Below are positions 1 through 11,062 of a stretch of 53,558 nt of DNA, one piece after another. How positions within the stretch are numbered: position 1 is the first letter of the stretch; each line of letters opens with the position of its first letter. The notes under the pieces were generated by a model, which saw only the letters and a program-made list of their open reading frames with translations, was not told where the DNA came from and searched no databases. The DNA is from a virus (lineage: Duplodnaviria; Caudoviricetes). The stretch covers positions 1-53,558 of the IMG/VR virus record IMGVR_UViG_3300033562_000211, one strand, 5' to 3'. The position numbers and the translations under genes are program-made.

Positions 1-1
1 G

Positions 2-676
2 ATATTGACCATGAGAAGAGAATACAGCATTCTGTCCACTTGTTTCATGATCTGAATATTGTAATGAAGTAGCAGCTACTAGATTATCAGAATCTCCAGT
101 GGTTGCATTATAATCAACAGTATTTGTAGCAGTACCACCAGCTGCAACATCTGCCTGAACAGCTGCATCCTTAGCGCCTCCTGCACTTGTACGATTGATA
201 AGATATGAAATATTAGTAGAAGAACCAGCTGTAAGGTCTGTAACATTTACTCTACAACCTCTTAAAGGCATTCTACCACCATAGTAAGCTGAATTATCTG
301 GAGAAACCTGTACATAAGAAGAATTGAATACCGGACTAGACTCAGTTTGTCTCAATCTCATGTTATTCCACTTAATCCAAATAGAATCATCTCCTTCTTT
401 ACCTTCAGCATAAGAATAGAGTTGATCATTGATGCTTTCAGTACCAACATCTTCCAATAACCTAAGTAATGGAAATTCTTCTGGCATTATTTTTCTGACA
501 TCATCATAAATATCTACAATGAATGAACCCATGTGTTCATCCCAGATAGCTTCTGTTGCTCCGATACCTTGTGTTTGTGGCATTAAAGGAGAAGTACCAG
601 AGCGGTTGAAATCCTTATAACCTGCCGTTGTTGCTAACCCATTATATTTGGGAGCATTAGTTGTATAACCAGCCAT
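2..676 (-). CDS. Major capsid protein (SU10/DUF5309-like), 5' part only; runs off the window edge
   Basis: Not in the ORF track. ATG at 676 with GAGG RBS. Translated by hand: MAGYTTNAPKY...VDIYDDVRKIMPEEFPLLRLLEDVGTESINDQLYSYAE, resembling the D-x-I-x-P-x-E-x-P-L N-terminal motif of these capsids. Follows portal and scaffold. Confidence 0.7.
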   Translation of the reverse strand, partial: MAGYTTNAPKYNGLATTAGYKDFNRSGTSPLMPQTQGIGATEAIWDEHMGSFIVDIYDDVRKIMPEEFPLLRLLEDVGTESINDQLYSYAEGKEGDDSIWIKWNNMRLRQTESSPVFNSSYVQVSPDNSAYYGGRMPLRGCRVNVTDLTAGSSTNISYLINRTSAGGAKDAAVQADVAAGGTATNTVDYNATTGDSDNLVAATSLQYSDHETSGQNAVFSSHGQY

Positions 677-691
677 ATTATTTACCTCTTA

Positions 692-1318
692 TTATAATAA
701 TGAACCTAAATTAACTCTCTTCTCTGCCTTTATAAAATCATCATAGCGAGAAGTATTTTGTGCAACACTTACAGGAGGTTGCGAACCATTTAGTTTGTTA
801 GCTGCAAAAGCAACCTGTTCTTTTATGGAAGTTTTGTTTAGAATGCCTATTACATCTTCTGCTTTCAATCCGTATCTACTAGCTTCTACACTTAGTTCTC
901 TCAAAGCATTTACAGCTTGAGGATCCAATTGCTGTTGCTCTTGTCTTGGTTGTACTCTCTGTTCTTGATTCGATTGCTGATTAGGCTGAGAATTAGTACC
1001 TAGAGTATCACCTAACAATGTGTCAAGAAAGTCGTTAGACTCTTGATCATTCGTCTGTGCAGGAGCTTGATATTTCTGCTGTTCTGCAACAGGTTGTCTG
1101 TATTGTTCTTCATACTGTCTAACAAGATTTTCATTATTGTTAAACGCTAGTGCAGCATCAAGTTGACTTTGTAACTGCTCATTCTTAATCATTAGATCAT
1201 TCGCATCAACTTGTGGTTCTTCAAAGATACCTAGTTGAGCTTTTGCGTTTCTTCCTTGTTGTTCCCAAGACGGTAGTGTATTCACTATACCTCTTCCAGG
1301 AATCCATGCATTAGACAT
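692..1318 (-). CDS. Putative capsid scaffolding protein
   Basis: Q/E/N-rich, low complexity, lies between portal and capsid genes. Confidence 0.55.
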   Translation of the reverse strand: MSNAWIPGRGIVNTLPSWEQQGRNAKAQLGIFEEPQVDANDLMIKNEQLQSQLDAALAFNNNENLVRQYEEQYRQPVAEQQKYQAPAQTNDQESNDFLDTLLGDTLGTNSQPNQQSNQEQRVQPRQEQQQLDPQAVNALRELSVEASRYGLKAEDVIGILNKTSIKEQVAFAANKLNGSQPPVSVAQNTSRYDDFIKAEKRVNLGSLL

Positions 1319-3365
1319 TGTTTACCTCCATTATATTTAGTAAGTCATTTAATGTAACCTTATCCTTCGCTACTTCTCCAACAAGTTCTTGTAGCTTATC
1401 TATTTCTTTTTCTTTAGCTGTCAACTCTATATTATGGTTTACATCCTTAACTTTACCCATAACATTAGCATTAGCCATAATTTTCTGTACTCTAAGAGCT
1501 GCTCTAGTATCTCCATATTGCTTATCTAACTTAGCTTTATGCTCTGTAGTAAGTACCGTTACGCCCATGTCTTCTAATTTCTTTTTCATCTGTTTTAATT
1601 CTTGATCTTTCTCTTCTAGAGCCTGTTGTAATGATTCCGACTGTTGTGCTAAGTTAGCAATCAAATCTTCTCTCTCAAACAACTCATCTTTATTATCTAT
1701 AGGAGCATATCTCAATACAGATTTAACATCCTTAATTAAACCAGTTTGATAGAAGTCGTACATCAAACTAAACTTATGTGCATTAAAGCTAGGTTCATAA
1801 CTACCTGCAACAATACAAATATCTTCACTTAAATCCTTAGTAGAGTTGATGATTCCTGTAGCAGCCTTAGCATACTTAAATTTACTCTTCATCTCTAATA
1901 CTTTAGCTTGTGCTTTAATATCACCAATCTGTTTAGCTAATGTAGCTTTATACTGTTCAATGCTAGCATCATTTTCAAAGTTAACTTGATTATTAAGACT
2001 TATAACATCTTTAATCTTATCAGCATCTACAACAGAAAGAATAGTCTCTCCAGGAATATAAGCCTTAACAAACTGTATTACTATAGTACCTATTAGAGAT
2101 AAAGCCTCTTCCATAATTACAGAAATATTCTTCAACCTATTCATAGCCATATCATAATACTGTTCCATCTCTAACTTCTCTTGCATACCTTGATTACCAA
2201 AAGATGCTTGTTCTGGTATTGTATTAGCTCTAATCTGATTCTGAGCATCTTGATACAATGTAAAGAAACTCTGATTCAATGGTTGTCCACTGATAACAGT
2301 AGGAGGCATACTATTTTGACTATCTCCTGCTAATATAATTAAGTTACCTGGACCGTTATATTCTCTCTGTAACTTACCTCTATCATTACCAATAATATCA
2401 GCTTCTCTTAAGAATACCTTTGAGCTACTTGTATTCATAGCATTAAGTAATACAACACCATAAGTCTTATTTGTAAATTTCTGTAACTGTTGGAGAAAGT
2501 AAGCCTCGCCTAATGGATAAGGAGTTCCTGTTGCTTCAGAGAAGAATGGAACTAAAGGTATGTTAGTGATACTCTTATCCATATCTTGTCTAATAACATG
2601 GGAAGTACCTATAATGGTTTCCATTATAATCTTGTCCTTAATTTCTCCATCATCATCCTTATACGACTCTTTTCTAAATCCTTCAAACACTTTGAAATAT
2701 CTTTTCTCTTCATCATATAAGGCATTAAGCTGTATAACATAACCTGTATCAGAGTTCATTCCTCTAGCTTTTTCAGGTAATCCATATGCTAATCCATCTA
2801 TTCCATAAGTAGCCTTAAGAACATCCTCTGGAAGATATTTCTCAACATACATAAATCTTGCATCTCTCATCATAATGTCAGTGCTTGTCTTATCAACAAT
2901 CACTTCATTATAATTCAACTTCTTCAACAAGATCTTCTTGCCTTCAACATATACATAACACCAAGAGATATTATCTCTTAATCCACTCTTAATATAATCC
3001 CTAAAGAATAGATTACCCTTACTATTATTAAATACCCATTTTAACAACCTATTATAAATATCACTCTCTATTGTATCATTCTCTCCCATTGGATTAGCCT
3101 TAAACTCTGGAAGATTACTTGTTAATAGAGAAGCCATGTCATTGATACTTGTTCTAATCTTATTAATAGTAATGATAAATTGATTTCTATCTTTCATCAT
3201 TTGTTCTTCTTCATCTGTCAACTGTTGCCCAAAGAACATATCTCTACATCCAGATGAACACTCACAATACTTCTTAAACTCTCTACCATAAGAACCAAAT
3301 AGATTTTGATACAGAATGGTTAACTCTTTCTCAGACATAGTTTGTATGCTTTTTATATCCATCAT
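1311..3365 (-). CDS. Portal protein (P22-like)
   Basis: 684 aa directly after terminase. FFGQQLT...RNQFIITINKIR...PEFKANP N-terminus, IPLVPF motif, C-terminal coiled coil. Confidence 0.8.
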   Translation of the reverse strand: MMDIKSIQTMSEKELTILYQNLFGSYGREFKKYCECSSGCRDMFFGQQLTDEEEQMMKDRNQFIITINKIRTSINDMASLLTSNLPEFKANPMGENDTIESDIYNRLLKWVFNNSKGNLFFRDYIKSGLRDNISWCYVYVEGKKILLKKLNYNEVIVDKTSTDIMMRDARFMYVEKYLPEDVLKATYGIDGLAYGLPEKARGMNSDTGYVIQLNALYDEEKRYFKVFEGFRKESYKDDDGEIKDKIIMETIIGTSHVIRQDMDKSITNIPLVPFFSEATGTPYPLGEAYFLQQLQKFTNKTYGVVLLNAMNTSSSKVFLREADIIGNDRGKLQREYNGPGNLIILAGDSQNSMPPTVISGQPLNQSFFTLYQDAQNQIRANTIPEQASFGNQGMQEKLEMEQYYDMAMNRLKNISVIMEEALSLIGTIVIQFVKAYIPGETILSVVDADKIKDVISLNNQVNFENDASIEQYKATLAKQIGDIKAQAKVLEMKSKFKYAKAATGIINSTKDLSEDICIVAGSYEPSFNAHKFSLMYDFYQTGLIKDVKSVLRYAPIDNKDELFEREDLIANLAQQSESLQQALEEKDQELKQMKKKLEDMGVTVLTTEHKAKLDKQYGDTRAALRVQKIMANANVMGKVKDVNHNIELTAKEKEIDKLQELVGEVAKDKVTLNDLLNIMEVNNV

Positions 3366-4927
3366 AATGTTACCCAGCTTTCGTTATACCCAACATTTTT
3401 TTCTACGAATCTCATCTCTTCTATTTGTTTCTGAACATCTATGTTAAAAGGTTTTCTTCCATGTATAACACTCAAATACATTCCATCTAAAGTATCATCA
3501 TGTTCTGTTAATCCACCACTAAATCCTGCACCCTCTTCTTTCAACAACCCTATATTTGGACAACCTTTAATATATGATACCTGTCTAGTATTAATTGGAA
3601 CACTTAAACCTTCTTTAAACTTATTGCCTTTATTGATCTTCTTATCAAATTTATTTATTGGAAAGAATTTACCTTGTCTCATCTGTTCGCTTCTAACTAA
3701 CTGTAATAAAGCTAATTGATAGGCTACTGTCTCTATTGTAACTCCATTAAAGTGATATTTCTCATGCAATTTAAATACAGTATCTCTCTGTTTCTCGACA
3801 TCCATTCTATCAGCTATTATATCTAATATTATGTAACTACCATTAGGAAATATTCCCATAACAAAGAATATGCTTCTATCACTTTTATCAGTAAGGGCTA
3901 TTGCAGGATCACAACCAAGAAACGTATTAACAGGTAAACAAGTTCCATTACTAAACTTAATATATTTAAAGGTCTCATACTTTTTGAATATACAGTCCAT
4001 TTCAACTATGGCTTCCATATTCAGTACTGGTGCTCCAGCAAGTCTAGGTATATTATAATACTCTTGCCAGAACTCCCACATGTTAGCTCCACCATTGATC
4101 TGTTCGTAATATTGCTTCTTAGCTTTAATTACGTCAATAGGGAATCTTTTCTTCCATGTAGGTTCACCTATATTAAGGTGATCACTAGATATACCTCTCT
4201 CAAAGTAATAACCATTAGGTTCTTTAAACAAATCAGGTCTTGTCTTATCGTTCTTTATATTAGCTAAGAAACTATCCGGATGAACTATAGTACCTTGAAA
4301 TATTAACTTATAATTAACATCACCTGCTGGTAGTAAAGCAGAATTAATTCTGTTCAACACATCTTCTCTCTGCTCTTGAGTCTTAGTATTTAATTCAGAT
4401 TCAAAGTCATCTGCTACAACTTTACTAGGTCTATTATGTCCAAACTTAATACCCCTAATTCTAGACCTAAAACCTTTAGCTGTTAAATAACAACCATTGC
4501 TAAACAATGCCTCATGCTGATTCCAAATCTTACCTTTATTAACTCCATATAATCTACCTAATATTTCATTTTCTAATATTTCATTCTGAATTGTCATAAG
4601 ATCTCGCATACACTGATCTTCAGCTTCAGAAGTAAATACTGATACCTTCTCTAATCTATAACTAATGTCATGTGAACTACTTATAGTCTTAATCGTACTC
4701 TTTGCTGCACCTCTAAATAAAACTAATGCTGCATAAGTTCCATTTCCTCTTGCTAATTGATCATGTATATTATATATATCACTATGAAACTGAGGTACTT
4801 CTGTAACAACATGTGGATAACAAACTCTAGCATACAATTCCTTAGAATGAAACATATCTCTTTTAAGTGTTGCTATCTCTGGTTTACTTAATGAATTGAG
4901 TTTATTATACATGGAGATCATTGACAT
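3362..4927 (-). CDS. terL: Terminase large subunit
   Basis: Walker A FRGAAKST, Walker B VVADDFE, GTIVH coupling motif, RNase H-like nuclease LGCDPA...HDDTLD. Confidence 0.93.
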   Translation of the reverse strand: MSMISMYNKLNSLSKPEIATLKRDMFHSKELYARVCYPHVVTEVPQFHSDIYNIHDQLARGNGTYAALVLFRGAAKSTIKTISSSHDISYRLEKVSVFTSEAEDQCMRDLMTIQNEILENEILGRLYGVNKGKIWNQHEALFSNGCYLTAKGFRSRIRGIKFGHNRPSKVVADDFESELNTKTQEQREDVLNRINSALLPAGDVNYKLIFQGTIVHPDSFLANIKNDKTRPDLFKEPNGYYFERGISSDHLNIGEPTWKKRFPIDVIKAKKQYYEQINGGANMWEFWQEYYNIPRLAGAPVLNMEAIVEMDCIFKKYETFKYIKFSNGTCLPVNTFLGCDPAIALTDKSDRSIFFVMGIFPNGSYIILDIIADRMDVEKQRDTVFKLHEKYHFNGVTIETVAYQLALLQLVRSEQMRQGKFFPINKFDKKINKGNKFKEGLSVPINTRQVSYIKGCPNIGLLKEEGAGFSGGLTEHDDTLDGMYLSVIHGRKPFNIDVQKQIEEMRFVEKNVGYNESWVTL

Positions 4928-5703
4928 AGATTAGTCTCCGCTAACTCTTCTGTTGTAAACAACTTTCTAGCTACACTACTTATCTGTTTACTTGTAGGTA
5001 GTACAATCTCAACTGCTGTTTGGCATTCTATTTGTTGGGCTTCAATAACAACAGCCTCTTCTGTATCTTCTCCAAACATTTTTCTTCCCACATCTGAGTT
5101 CTTTTCAGATCTTTCAACTGCTCTGGGGCTAACCCCTAAGAGGTCTCCTAAATCATTGTTAGCACTGTATGCTATCTGGTTATTTCCGTTTGCCCATTTA
5201 ACTAAATTAAGTAGATACATATCTTCACTGAATCCCATATCTCTTACTTTAGTAGCAACTATATTATTCATGATTGCCCTCAATCTTGGTGAACCTTTTA
5301 TTATATTACCATTAGGATCGCACTTATCTCCTCTTATCTTAGCAGTTGCCTGTATCTCTTCTTTCTTAGTGCTCATCCTAACCAATAAATGCTCTTCTTT
5401 GTAATCTATTCCAGAATATGATCCAGAAGGCATCTTAGGTATAGTTTGTATAAAATAGTCTCCATAATGAAACATTCCAGTATTCATCTTAATCAAACCA
5501 GTATCTTTATGTTTTCTACTAGCAATAGTCTTATATACCTTAGCAAATAACTTACTACCATCATTAAACCTAAAATAGTCTCCTTCTTTGATACTCTTGA
5601 ATGGAGTATTATGATCTACTATAGTCTTTCCAACTATATCCCATTCATGATAATACTCAACTAAATAAGTCTTTCCTCTAGGTTTTAATTCGTAGTATAA
5701 CAT
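4918..5703 (-). CDS. Hypothetical protein, possible terminase small subunit
   Basis: Immediately upstream of terL and overlapping it; called on position only. Confidence 0.4.
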   Translation of the reverse strand: MLYYELKPRGKTYLVEYYHEWDIVGKTIVDHNTPFKSIKEGDYFRFNDGSKLFAKVYKTIASRKHKDTGLIKMNTGMFHYGDYFIQTIPKMPSGSYSGIDYKEEHLLVRMSTKKEEIQATAKIRGDKCDPNGNIIKGSPRLRAIMNNIVATKVRDMGFSEDMYLLNLVKWANGNNQIAYSANNDLGDLLGVSPRAVERSEKNSDVGRKMFGEDTEEAVVIEAQQIECQTAVEIVLPTSKQISSVARKLFTTEELAETNLCQ

Positions 5704-5717
5704 TAGTTAAGTAACTC

Positions 5718-6131
5718 CTAAACTACAGCTTGACATTCATAATCATAACATGTCTCATTAATTGTAGGAACTTCAGCATGACCTATAGCTCCTTCTTTTA
5801 CATTGAAATCTATACTCTTCAATCTTATCTTCTCATAGTTCTCTATCTCAATGTAAACTGTATAATAAGGTTTGCAATTTATCTTTATTATACTTACTGC
5901 TTCTACAGTTAAATAAGCATTAGGTCTTAGTGGATCAACTGGATACTCTAATGTAAATGAATTTATAAGGTTTGTCAAGCCCAAATGTTTTTCATTTATG
6001 CCATAGATATTGATCTTAGCAAGTGTATCATCACCATCTCCACACTCTTTATAATTATACTTAACTATAACCTTATCCGAGAGATACAATTTGTTTTCTA
6101 ACATACTAAAATAACCCAAACTCTTTGTCAT
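5718..6131 (-). CDS. Small virion-module protein, diverged member of the 'SKPISL...LKIYG' paralog family
   Basis: VKYNYK...KINIYGIN...GLTNLINSFTLEYP aligns with the ORFs at 10658-12196. Confidence 0.55.
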   Translation of the reverse strand: MTKSLGYFSMLENKLYLSDKVIVKYNYKECGDGDDTLAKINIYGINEKHLGLTNLINSFTLEYPVDPLRPNAYLTVEAVSIIKINCKPYYTVYIEIENYEKIRLKSIDFNVKEGAIGHAEVPTINETCYDYECQAVV

Positions 6132-9100
6132 AGCTCAACCTCAAATAAAGATACAAATAATTGTAACTGCTTATCAATTTTTAAATCATTAGCCGGTAAT
6201 CCATTCTTTGGAGCTCCTTCACCAGGATCGTTATAATCAGTTGCTGAGATAGAAATTGATATATCGCCTAGCTTTATATTATCATTTAATGTGCAATCAA
6301 ACAATGTCATTACACCAGATGTGTCTATGCCAGTCTGATAAAAATATATTGTAGATGGCGAAGATGTTTTATATATTGTTATAGTAGATGTAGATAAATT
6401 ACAAGATAATCTAATAAATACCTTTTGAATATAATAATCAATCATATCCTTAAACATTACCATATTTGAAAGTATTATTATAGTTTGATTAGCCATACTT
6501 CCATCATCTACAATTACAGTAGAATTAGTAAATGTATAGTTAACATTTGTATCTATAATGGTTCCAAAGTTATTGCTTCTATTAGATATTGATATATCAC
6601 CAGTAACGCTTAATACTATACTATACGTATCATAAATAATCTCTACACTATTATTATCTTTAGATATATATTTTTTAAACACATATCCCTTTGTACTAAA
6701 TATCTTATCGACTCTATCGCTTATGCAATATATTCCATTTAAGCAAATACAATACATTCTATTTGCTAATTGTATTGGTTGACAAATAATTTGATCGAAT
6801 AATGTCGTTAATTGCTCCATTCCATTCTTAGTTATTCTAAGTATTATAGATTTATTCTTATAAGCTATTGCACTGATTCCATCTGAATAAAATACATCAA
6901 TTACAGAAAACAATAGACTCTCATTTGATGGAATCATATTGAACATTGCTGACTTATATAATATACTATCTTTTAGAATAGCTTTAAATGTATCATAATA
7001 TATATAATTGTTATTAAAATCATAATTTGATTTATAATTAACTTTATATACATTCTTGAAAAACTCTGGTATAGATACATAGTTTCTAGTAATTGCATCT
7101 ATTGTTAAACAATTAATTATTGACATAAAGTTTTTAGGAGTTAAATTCATTGTTATATCAGTTTCAGATAATGGGGCTGACATATCTGCAATGATATGAT
7201 AAGCACTTGGCATATTTAAGTAGAATCCATATGATTCCATAATAGCATTGCCATTGTCATTACAAACTCCAACAGCGTTATCTAAGTGGGTCGATGTTGG
7301 ATATAGGATACTCCATTGAGTATTAAACCTAACATTAACTTTAGATAATGTTATAAATATATCATCATTATAAGAACATATGTTTACCCACATTTGTTTA
7401 TTGTATTTTTCATTTGTAGTAATACCTGAATAATCATTTGTAATATTACTATATATTATATTTTCAAATATATGCATATCTGATGTATTTTGGTGCATTA
7501 ATGGAGCAGTATTTATTTCACTAACCTTAATCCATTGTAAGTATTTAGTTAATTCTTCAGAAGCCACCGTTTCTTTATATTTAACTACTAAACTAATATT
7601 AGACACACTCATTTTAGATACAAATATACTAGTAATTATTGGATAATCTATATTTAAAGAAGTTAATCCATCATTAATTAAGAGACCATTTAATATTATC
7701 TTCTCATTATCAAATGGTTTTAACATAAATGTATAACATGTATTACCAGAAACAAATTGATCAACTAATTTAATTAAATATAAATCAACATCATCTGATA
7801 ATGTAAACTTTTTATATGCCAATGAAGATGCTAAATCACTTATCCCATACCTCTTTCTATATGTATTCCTAACAGTATATAATTCTGGTTGAGTTGGATA
7901 CAATGTAACTATGGAATTATTTGCATCATGAGTAGTCTCAGTTGTAATAGACATGTCTATACCAAGTATTGCTGTATTAGCTTGAACTGAATTAAAGTAA
8001 CATCCAATATTCTTTGTAGTACTAGCACCATATAGTTGAATTAATGAAACTTTAAAACATGAAGCATAATTATAAATTGTTTTTACATCATCATTATACA
8101 AATAAGATTGTGCATTGTTATACGAACTTTCAACTAATCCTCCTGTTGTGGTTAGATCATTCGAAGCTCTATGTAGTGGATTGATATAAGAATTATCAAG
8201 TAAAGATGATGTTGTTGGAGCTGAGTTATCTCCAATAGATGAATTTAATCTAAAGGATGTAAAGTATAGATTTTCTTTATTATTTATAGTGATATATGAA
8301 AATGTTTTAGTTTTAGATGGCAATCCAAGTGCAAAGTCGATTGATACCTGTTCGCTTACATGATCCGTTGTTAATTTTTCTGTTGATAGAATCTTTATTC
8401 CTTCTATACAAACAAAGTCTCCATTCGATGAAATAGCTGGAGAGCTAATGTTCAACGACATATATCCATCATCCCCAGCTGCATATGCAGTCCATGTTAC
8501 CTTATCGTAATTGTCTATACGATATACAGTATTAGCAGCTGTCTTTACTAACTTTCTTATAGATACTTGAATTAAACTTTCTCCAAGATATATAGCACCT
8601 CCAGCAGTATATCCTTCAAACTTAATTTGAATTGAAGAAATGTCCCCTACAACAATATTTTTATATTGCATCTTTGGATTACTTGTACTAAAATTAGCTA
8701 TCTCAGCATATAATGATAAATCATATTCATACAATACTTGTGTTGTACCAAATACATCTTTACTCATTGTACCTATATTTGAAGAAGAAGTCAATATTGT
8801 ATCTAGCGTAATAAAATCACCTTCTACTTTAGCATTATTTATTTCACTAATGCATACGTCTTTTCTATTAATTAAGTCAGTATAGCCAATGTTATTATCT
8901 GAGACATCAAATATTTTAAAACTATTTTTTAAATCTATGGCATTCGTATTTGTTTGAATGTCTAAACTATTCTTTTGAAATACTTCCATATCTAAACTAT
9001 TAGTATTCGTCTGAATGTCTAAGCTGCTCTTATTTTGAACCTCTAACTCAATACTATTTGTATTCATTTGAATATCAAAACTATTCTTATTAGCTATCTC

Positions 9101-10645
9101 CATGTCCACTGAGTTAGTGTTTACTTGAATATCTAAGCTATTCTTATTGAACAATTCCATATCTAAGGAATTTGTATTCACTTGTACGTCTAGACTGTTC
9201 TTATTAAATAATTCAAGTTCAATAGAATTTGTATTTAGTTGAACATCCAGACTATTCTTCTGAGTTACATCCATATCAATAGATTGCTTATTGATGCCAT
9301 CCAACTCTATAGATTGCTTATTAACACCTTCTAGTTCAATACTATTTGTATTAACCTGCACATCTAAGCTATTCTTTTGATTAGTCTCTAAGTCTATGCT
9401 ATTAGTATTCATTTGTATATCTAAAGAGTTCTTTTGATTCATATCCATATCAATAGAGTTGGTATTAACCTGAATATCCAAAGAGTTCTTCTGGTTAATA
9501 TCCATATCTATTGAATTTGTATTTAACTGTACATCTAAAGAATTTTTTTGAAACACATCTAAATCTAATGTATTTGTAATAACTTGTATATCTAAACTAT
9601 TCTTAGGAGACACTTCCATATCTATAGATTGTTTATTCAAACCCTCTAACTCAATAGACTGTTTCTGCATTCCTTCAAGATCAATACTTTGCTTATTAAT
9701 TACTTCAAGTTCTATACTTTGCTTATTTACACCTTCTAATTCAATTGATTGCTTCTGAATTCCTTCTAAATCAATGGATTGTTTTTGTATTACATCTATA
9801 TCAATAGATTGTTTACTGGTTCCTTCCATATCTAAACTATTTTTATTCTGTACTTCAAGATCAATAGACTGTTTAGATATTCCTTCAATATCGATAGACT
9901 GTTTTTGAGTACCTTCTAACTCTAAAGTATTCTTATTTATAACCTCAAAGTCTATACTTTGTTTTGTAGCACCTTCCATATCTAAAGATTGCTTATTAGT
10001 TGTCTCTAAGTCAATACTCTGTTTATCAACTCCCTCTATATCTATAGACTGTTTACTTGTTCCTTCCATATCAATAGATTGTTTTTGAGTAGTCTCTAAA
10101 TCTATTGTATTCTTACTAACACCTTCCATGTCAATAGATTGCTTAGACACTCCTTCAAGATCAACTGTATTCTTATTTATTACTTCAAAGTCAATAGATT
10201 GTTTATTCGTACCTTCCATATCCATAGAACTCTTATTCATAGTTTCCATGTCTATAGTATTCTTTGACACTCCTTCTATATCTATTGATTGCTTATTAGT
10301 ACCTTCCATGTCGATACTATTCTTTGTAGCAATATCAATATCGAGAGTGTTCTTTTGAACACCCTCCATATCAATACTATTCTTAGTAGTACCTTCTAAA
10401 TCAACAGTATTTTTATTTATAACTTCAAAATCAATACTCTGTTTCTGAGTACCTTCTAGATCAATAGTATTCTTCTCTACTCCAACCATATCTATAGAAT
10501 TCTTTCCAGTACCCTCCATATCTATAGTAGTCTTAGATATTGTTTCTATATCTATAGAATTAAGATTCTCTTTATAAACATTGAGTACAAATTGTTTTTC
10601 ATCTATTGGATTTCCAATTTGTTCATCTACTCTTGATTTCTGCAT
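6128..10645 (-). CDS. Large putative tail/virion protein with an N-terminal tandem-repeat domain
   Basis: 1505 aa. About 550 aa of KQSIDMEGxx-type repeats, then a non-repetitive beta-rich region. Lies in the structural module. Confidence 0.65.
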   Translation of the reverse strand: MQKSRVDEQIGNPIDEKQFVLNVYKENLNSIDIETISKTTIDMEGTGKNSIDMVGVEKNTIDLEGTQKQSIDFEVINKNTVDLEGTTKNSIDMEGVQKNTLDIDIATKNSIDMEGTNKQSIDIEGVSKNTIDMETMNKSSMDMEGTNKQSIDFEVINKNTVDLEGVSKQSIDMEGVSKNTIDLETTQKQSIDMEGTSKQSIDIEGVDKQSIDLETTNKQSLDMEGATKQSIDFEVINKNTLELEGTQKQSIDIEGISKQSIDLEVQNKNSLDMEGTSKQSIDIDVIQKQSIDLEGIQKQSIELEGVNKQSIELEVINKQSIDLEGMQKQSIELEGLNKQSIDMEVSPKNSLDIQVITNTLDLDVFQKNSLDVQLNTNSIDMDINQKNSLDIQVNTNSIDMDMNQKNSLDIQMNTNSIDLETNQKNSLDVQVNTNSIELEGVNKQSIELDGINKQSIDMDVTQKNSLDVQLNTNSIELELFNKNSLDVQVNTNSLDMELFNKNSLDIQVNTNSVDMEIANKNSFDIQMNTNSIELEVQNKSSLDIQTNTNSLDMEVFQKNSLDIQTNTNAIDLKNSFKIFDVSDNNIGYTDLINRKDVCISEINNAKVEGDFITLDTILTSSSNIGTMSKDVFGTTQVLYEYDLSLYAEIANFSTSNPKMQYKNIVVGDISSIQIKFEGYTAGGAIYLGESLIQVSIRKLVKTAANTVYRIDNYDKVTWTAYAAGDDGYMSLNISSPAISSNGDFVCIEGIKILSTEKLTTDHVSEQVSIDFALGLPSKTKTFSYITINNKENLYFTSFRLNSSIGDNSAPTTSSLLDNSYINPLHRASNDLTTTGGLVESSYNNAQSYLYNDDVKTIYNYASCFKVSLIQLYGASTTKNIGCYFNSVQANTAILGIDMSITTETTHDANNSIVTLYPTQPELYTVRNTYRKRYGISDLASSLAYKKFTLSDDVDLYLIKLVDQFVSGNTCYTFMLKPFDNEKIILNGLLINDGLTSLNIDYPIITSIFVSKMSVSNISLVVKYKETVASEELTKYLQWIKVSEINTAPLMHQNTSDMHIFENIIYSNITNDYSGITTNEKYNKQMWVNICSYNDDIFITLSKVNVRFNTQWSILYPTSTHLDNAVGVCNDNGNAIMESYGFYLNMPSAYHIIADMSAPLSETDITMNLTPKNFMSIINCLTIDAITRNYVSIPEFFKNVYKVNYKSNYDFNNNYIYYDTFKAILKDSILYKSAMFNMIPSNESLLFSVIDVFYSDGISAIAYKNKSIILRITKNGMEQLTTLFDQIICQPIQLANRMYCICLNGIYCISDRVDKIFSTKGYVFKKYISKDNNSVEIIYDTYSIVLSVTGDISISNRSNNFGTIIDTNVNYTFTNSTVIVDDGSMANQTIIILSNMVMFKDMIDYYIQKVFIRLSCNLSTSTITIYKTSSPSTIYFYQTGIDTSGVMTLFDCTLNDNIKLGDISISISATDYNDPGEGAPKNGLPANDLKIDKQLQLFVSLFEVEL
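8930..10570 (-). repeat. Degenerate coding tandem repeat: 30-bp units changing to alternating 30/27-bp units, about 55 copies
   Basis: Protein units K[QN]S[IL][DE][MIL]EGxx, then KNSLD[IV]QxNT plus NSI[DE][ML]Exxx. Confidence 0.9.
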
Positions 10646-10657
10646 AGTTATTCCTTA

Positions 10658-11062
10658 TTAAGATAAATCAGAATTATCATACAATACTCTGTCAACTTTA
10701 TCAACATCAAACAATACTTTAAAGTCATGTATCTTACAAAACTTTTGATAGTTTAAAGTATTGTAAGAATCTCCGCTATGAGGTAATACTTCATAAAATA
10801 TAGTTTCTACTGTATCATTAGCGGTGGGTGGAGTTAATAGAAATATATTCCCAACAATCTCATTCTTTTCATGTCCAATAGTTGGTCTAGTTAATTCAAT
10901 AACTGTACGAGTACTAGTTCCATCTAGATTTGAACAATAGATAAAAAGATCTACAATTCCAAGATTGTCTACTGGTGTTCCACTATAATTCCACATAATT
11001 GATACAGCATAAGGAATTAGTCTAGATGAGCCATTGATTAAAGAGATGTTTTGTGATTTCAT
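10658..11062 (-). CDS. Paralog family protein (MKSQNISLINGSS)
   Basis: Shared N-terminus, WNY and LFIY motifs with the three neighbours. Confidence 0.7.
   Translation of the reverse strand: MKSQNISLINGSSRLIPYAVSIMWNYSGTPVDNLGIVDLFIYCSNLDGTSTRTVIELTRPTIGHEKNEIVGNIFLLTPPTANDTVETIFYEVLPHSGDSYNTLNYQKFCKIHDFKVLFDVDKVDRVLYDNSDLS

Noticed and set aside
8930-10570. 30-bp periodic DNA as a CRISPR or DGR element
   Set aside because: It is an in-frame coding repeat with synonymous divergence, no spacers, and no reverse transcriptase in the window
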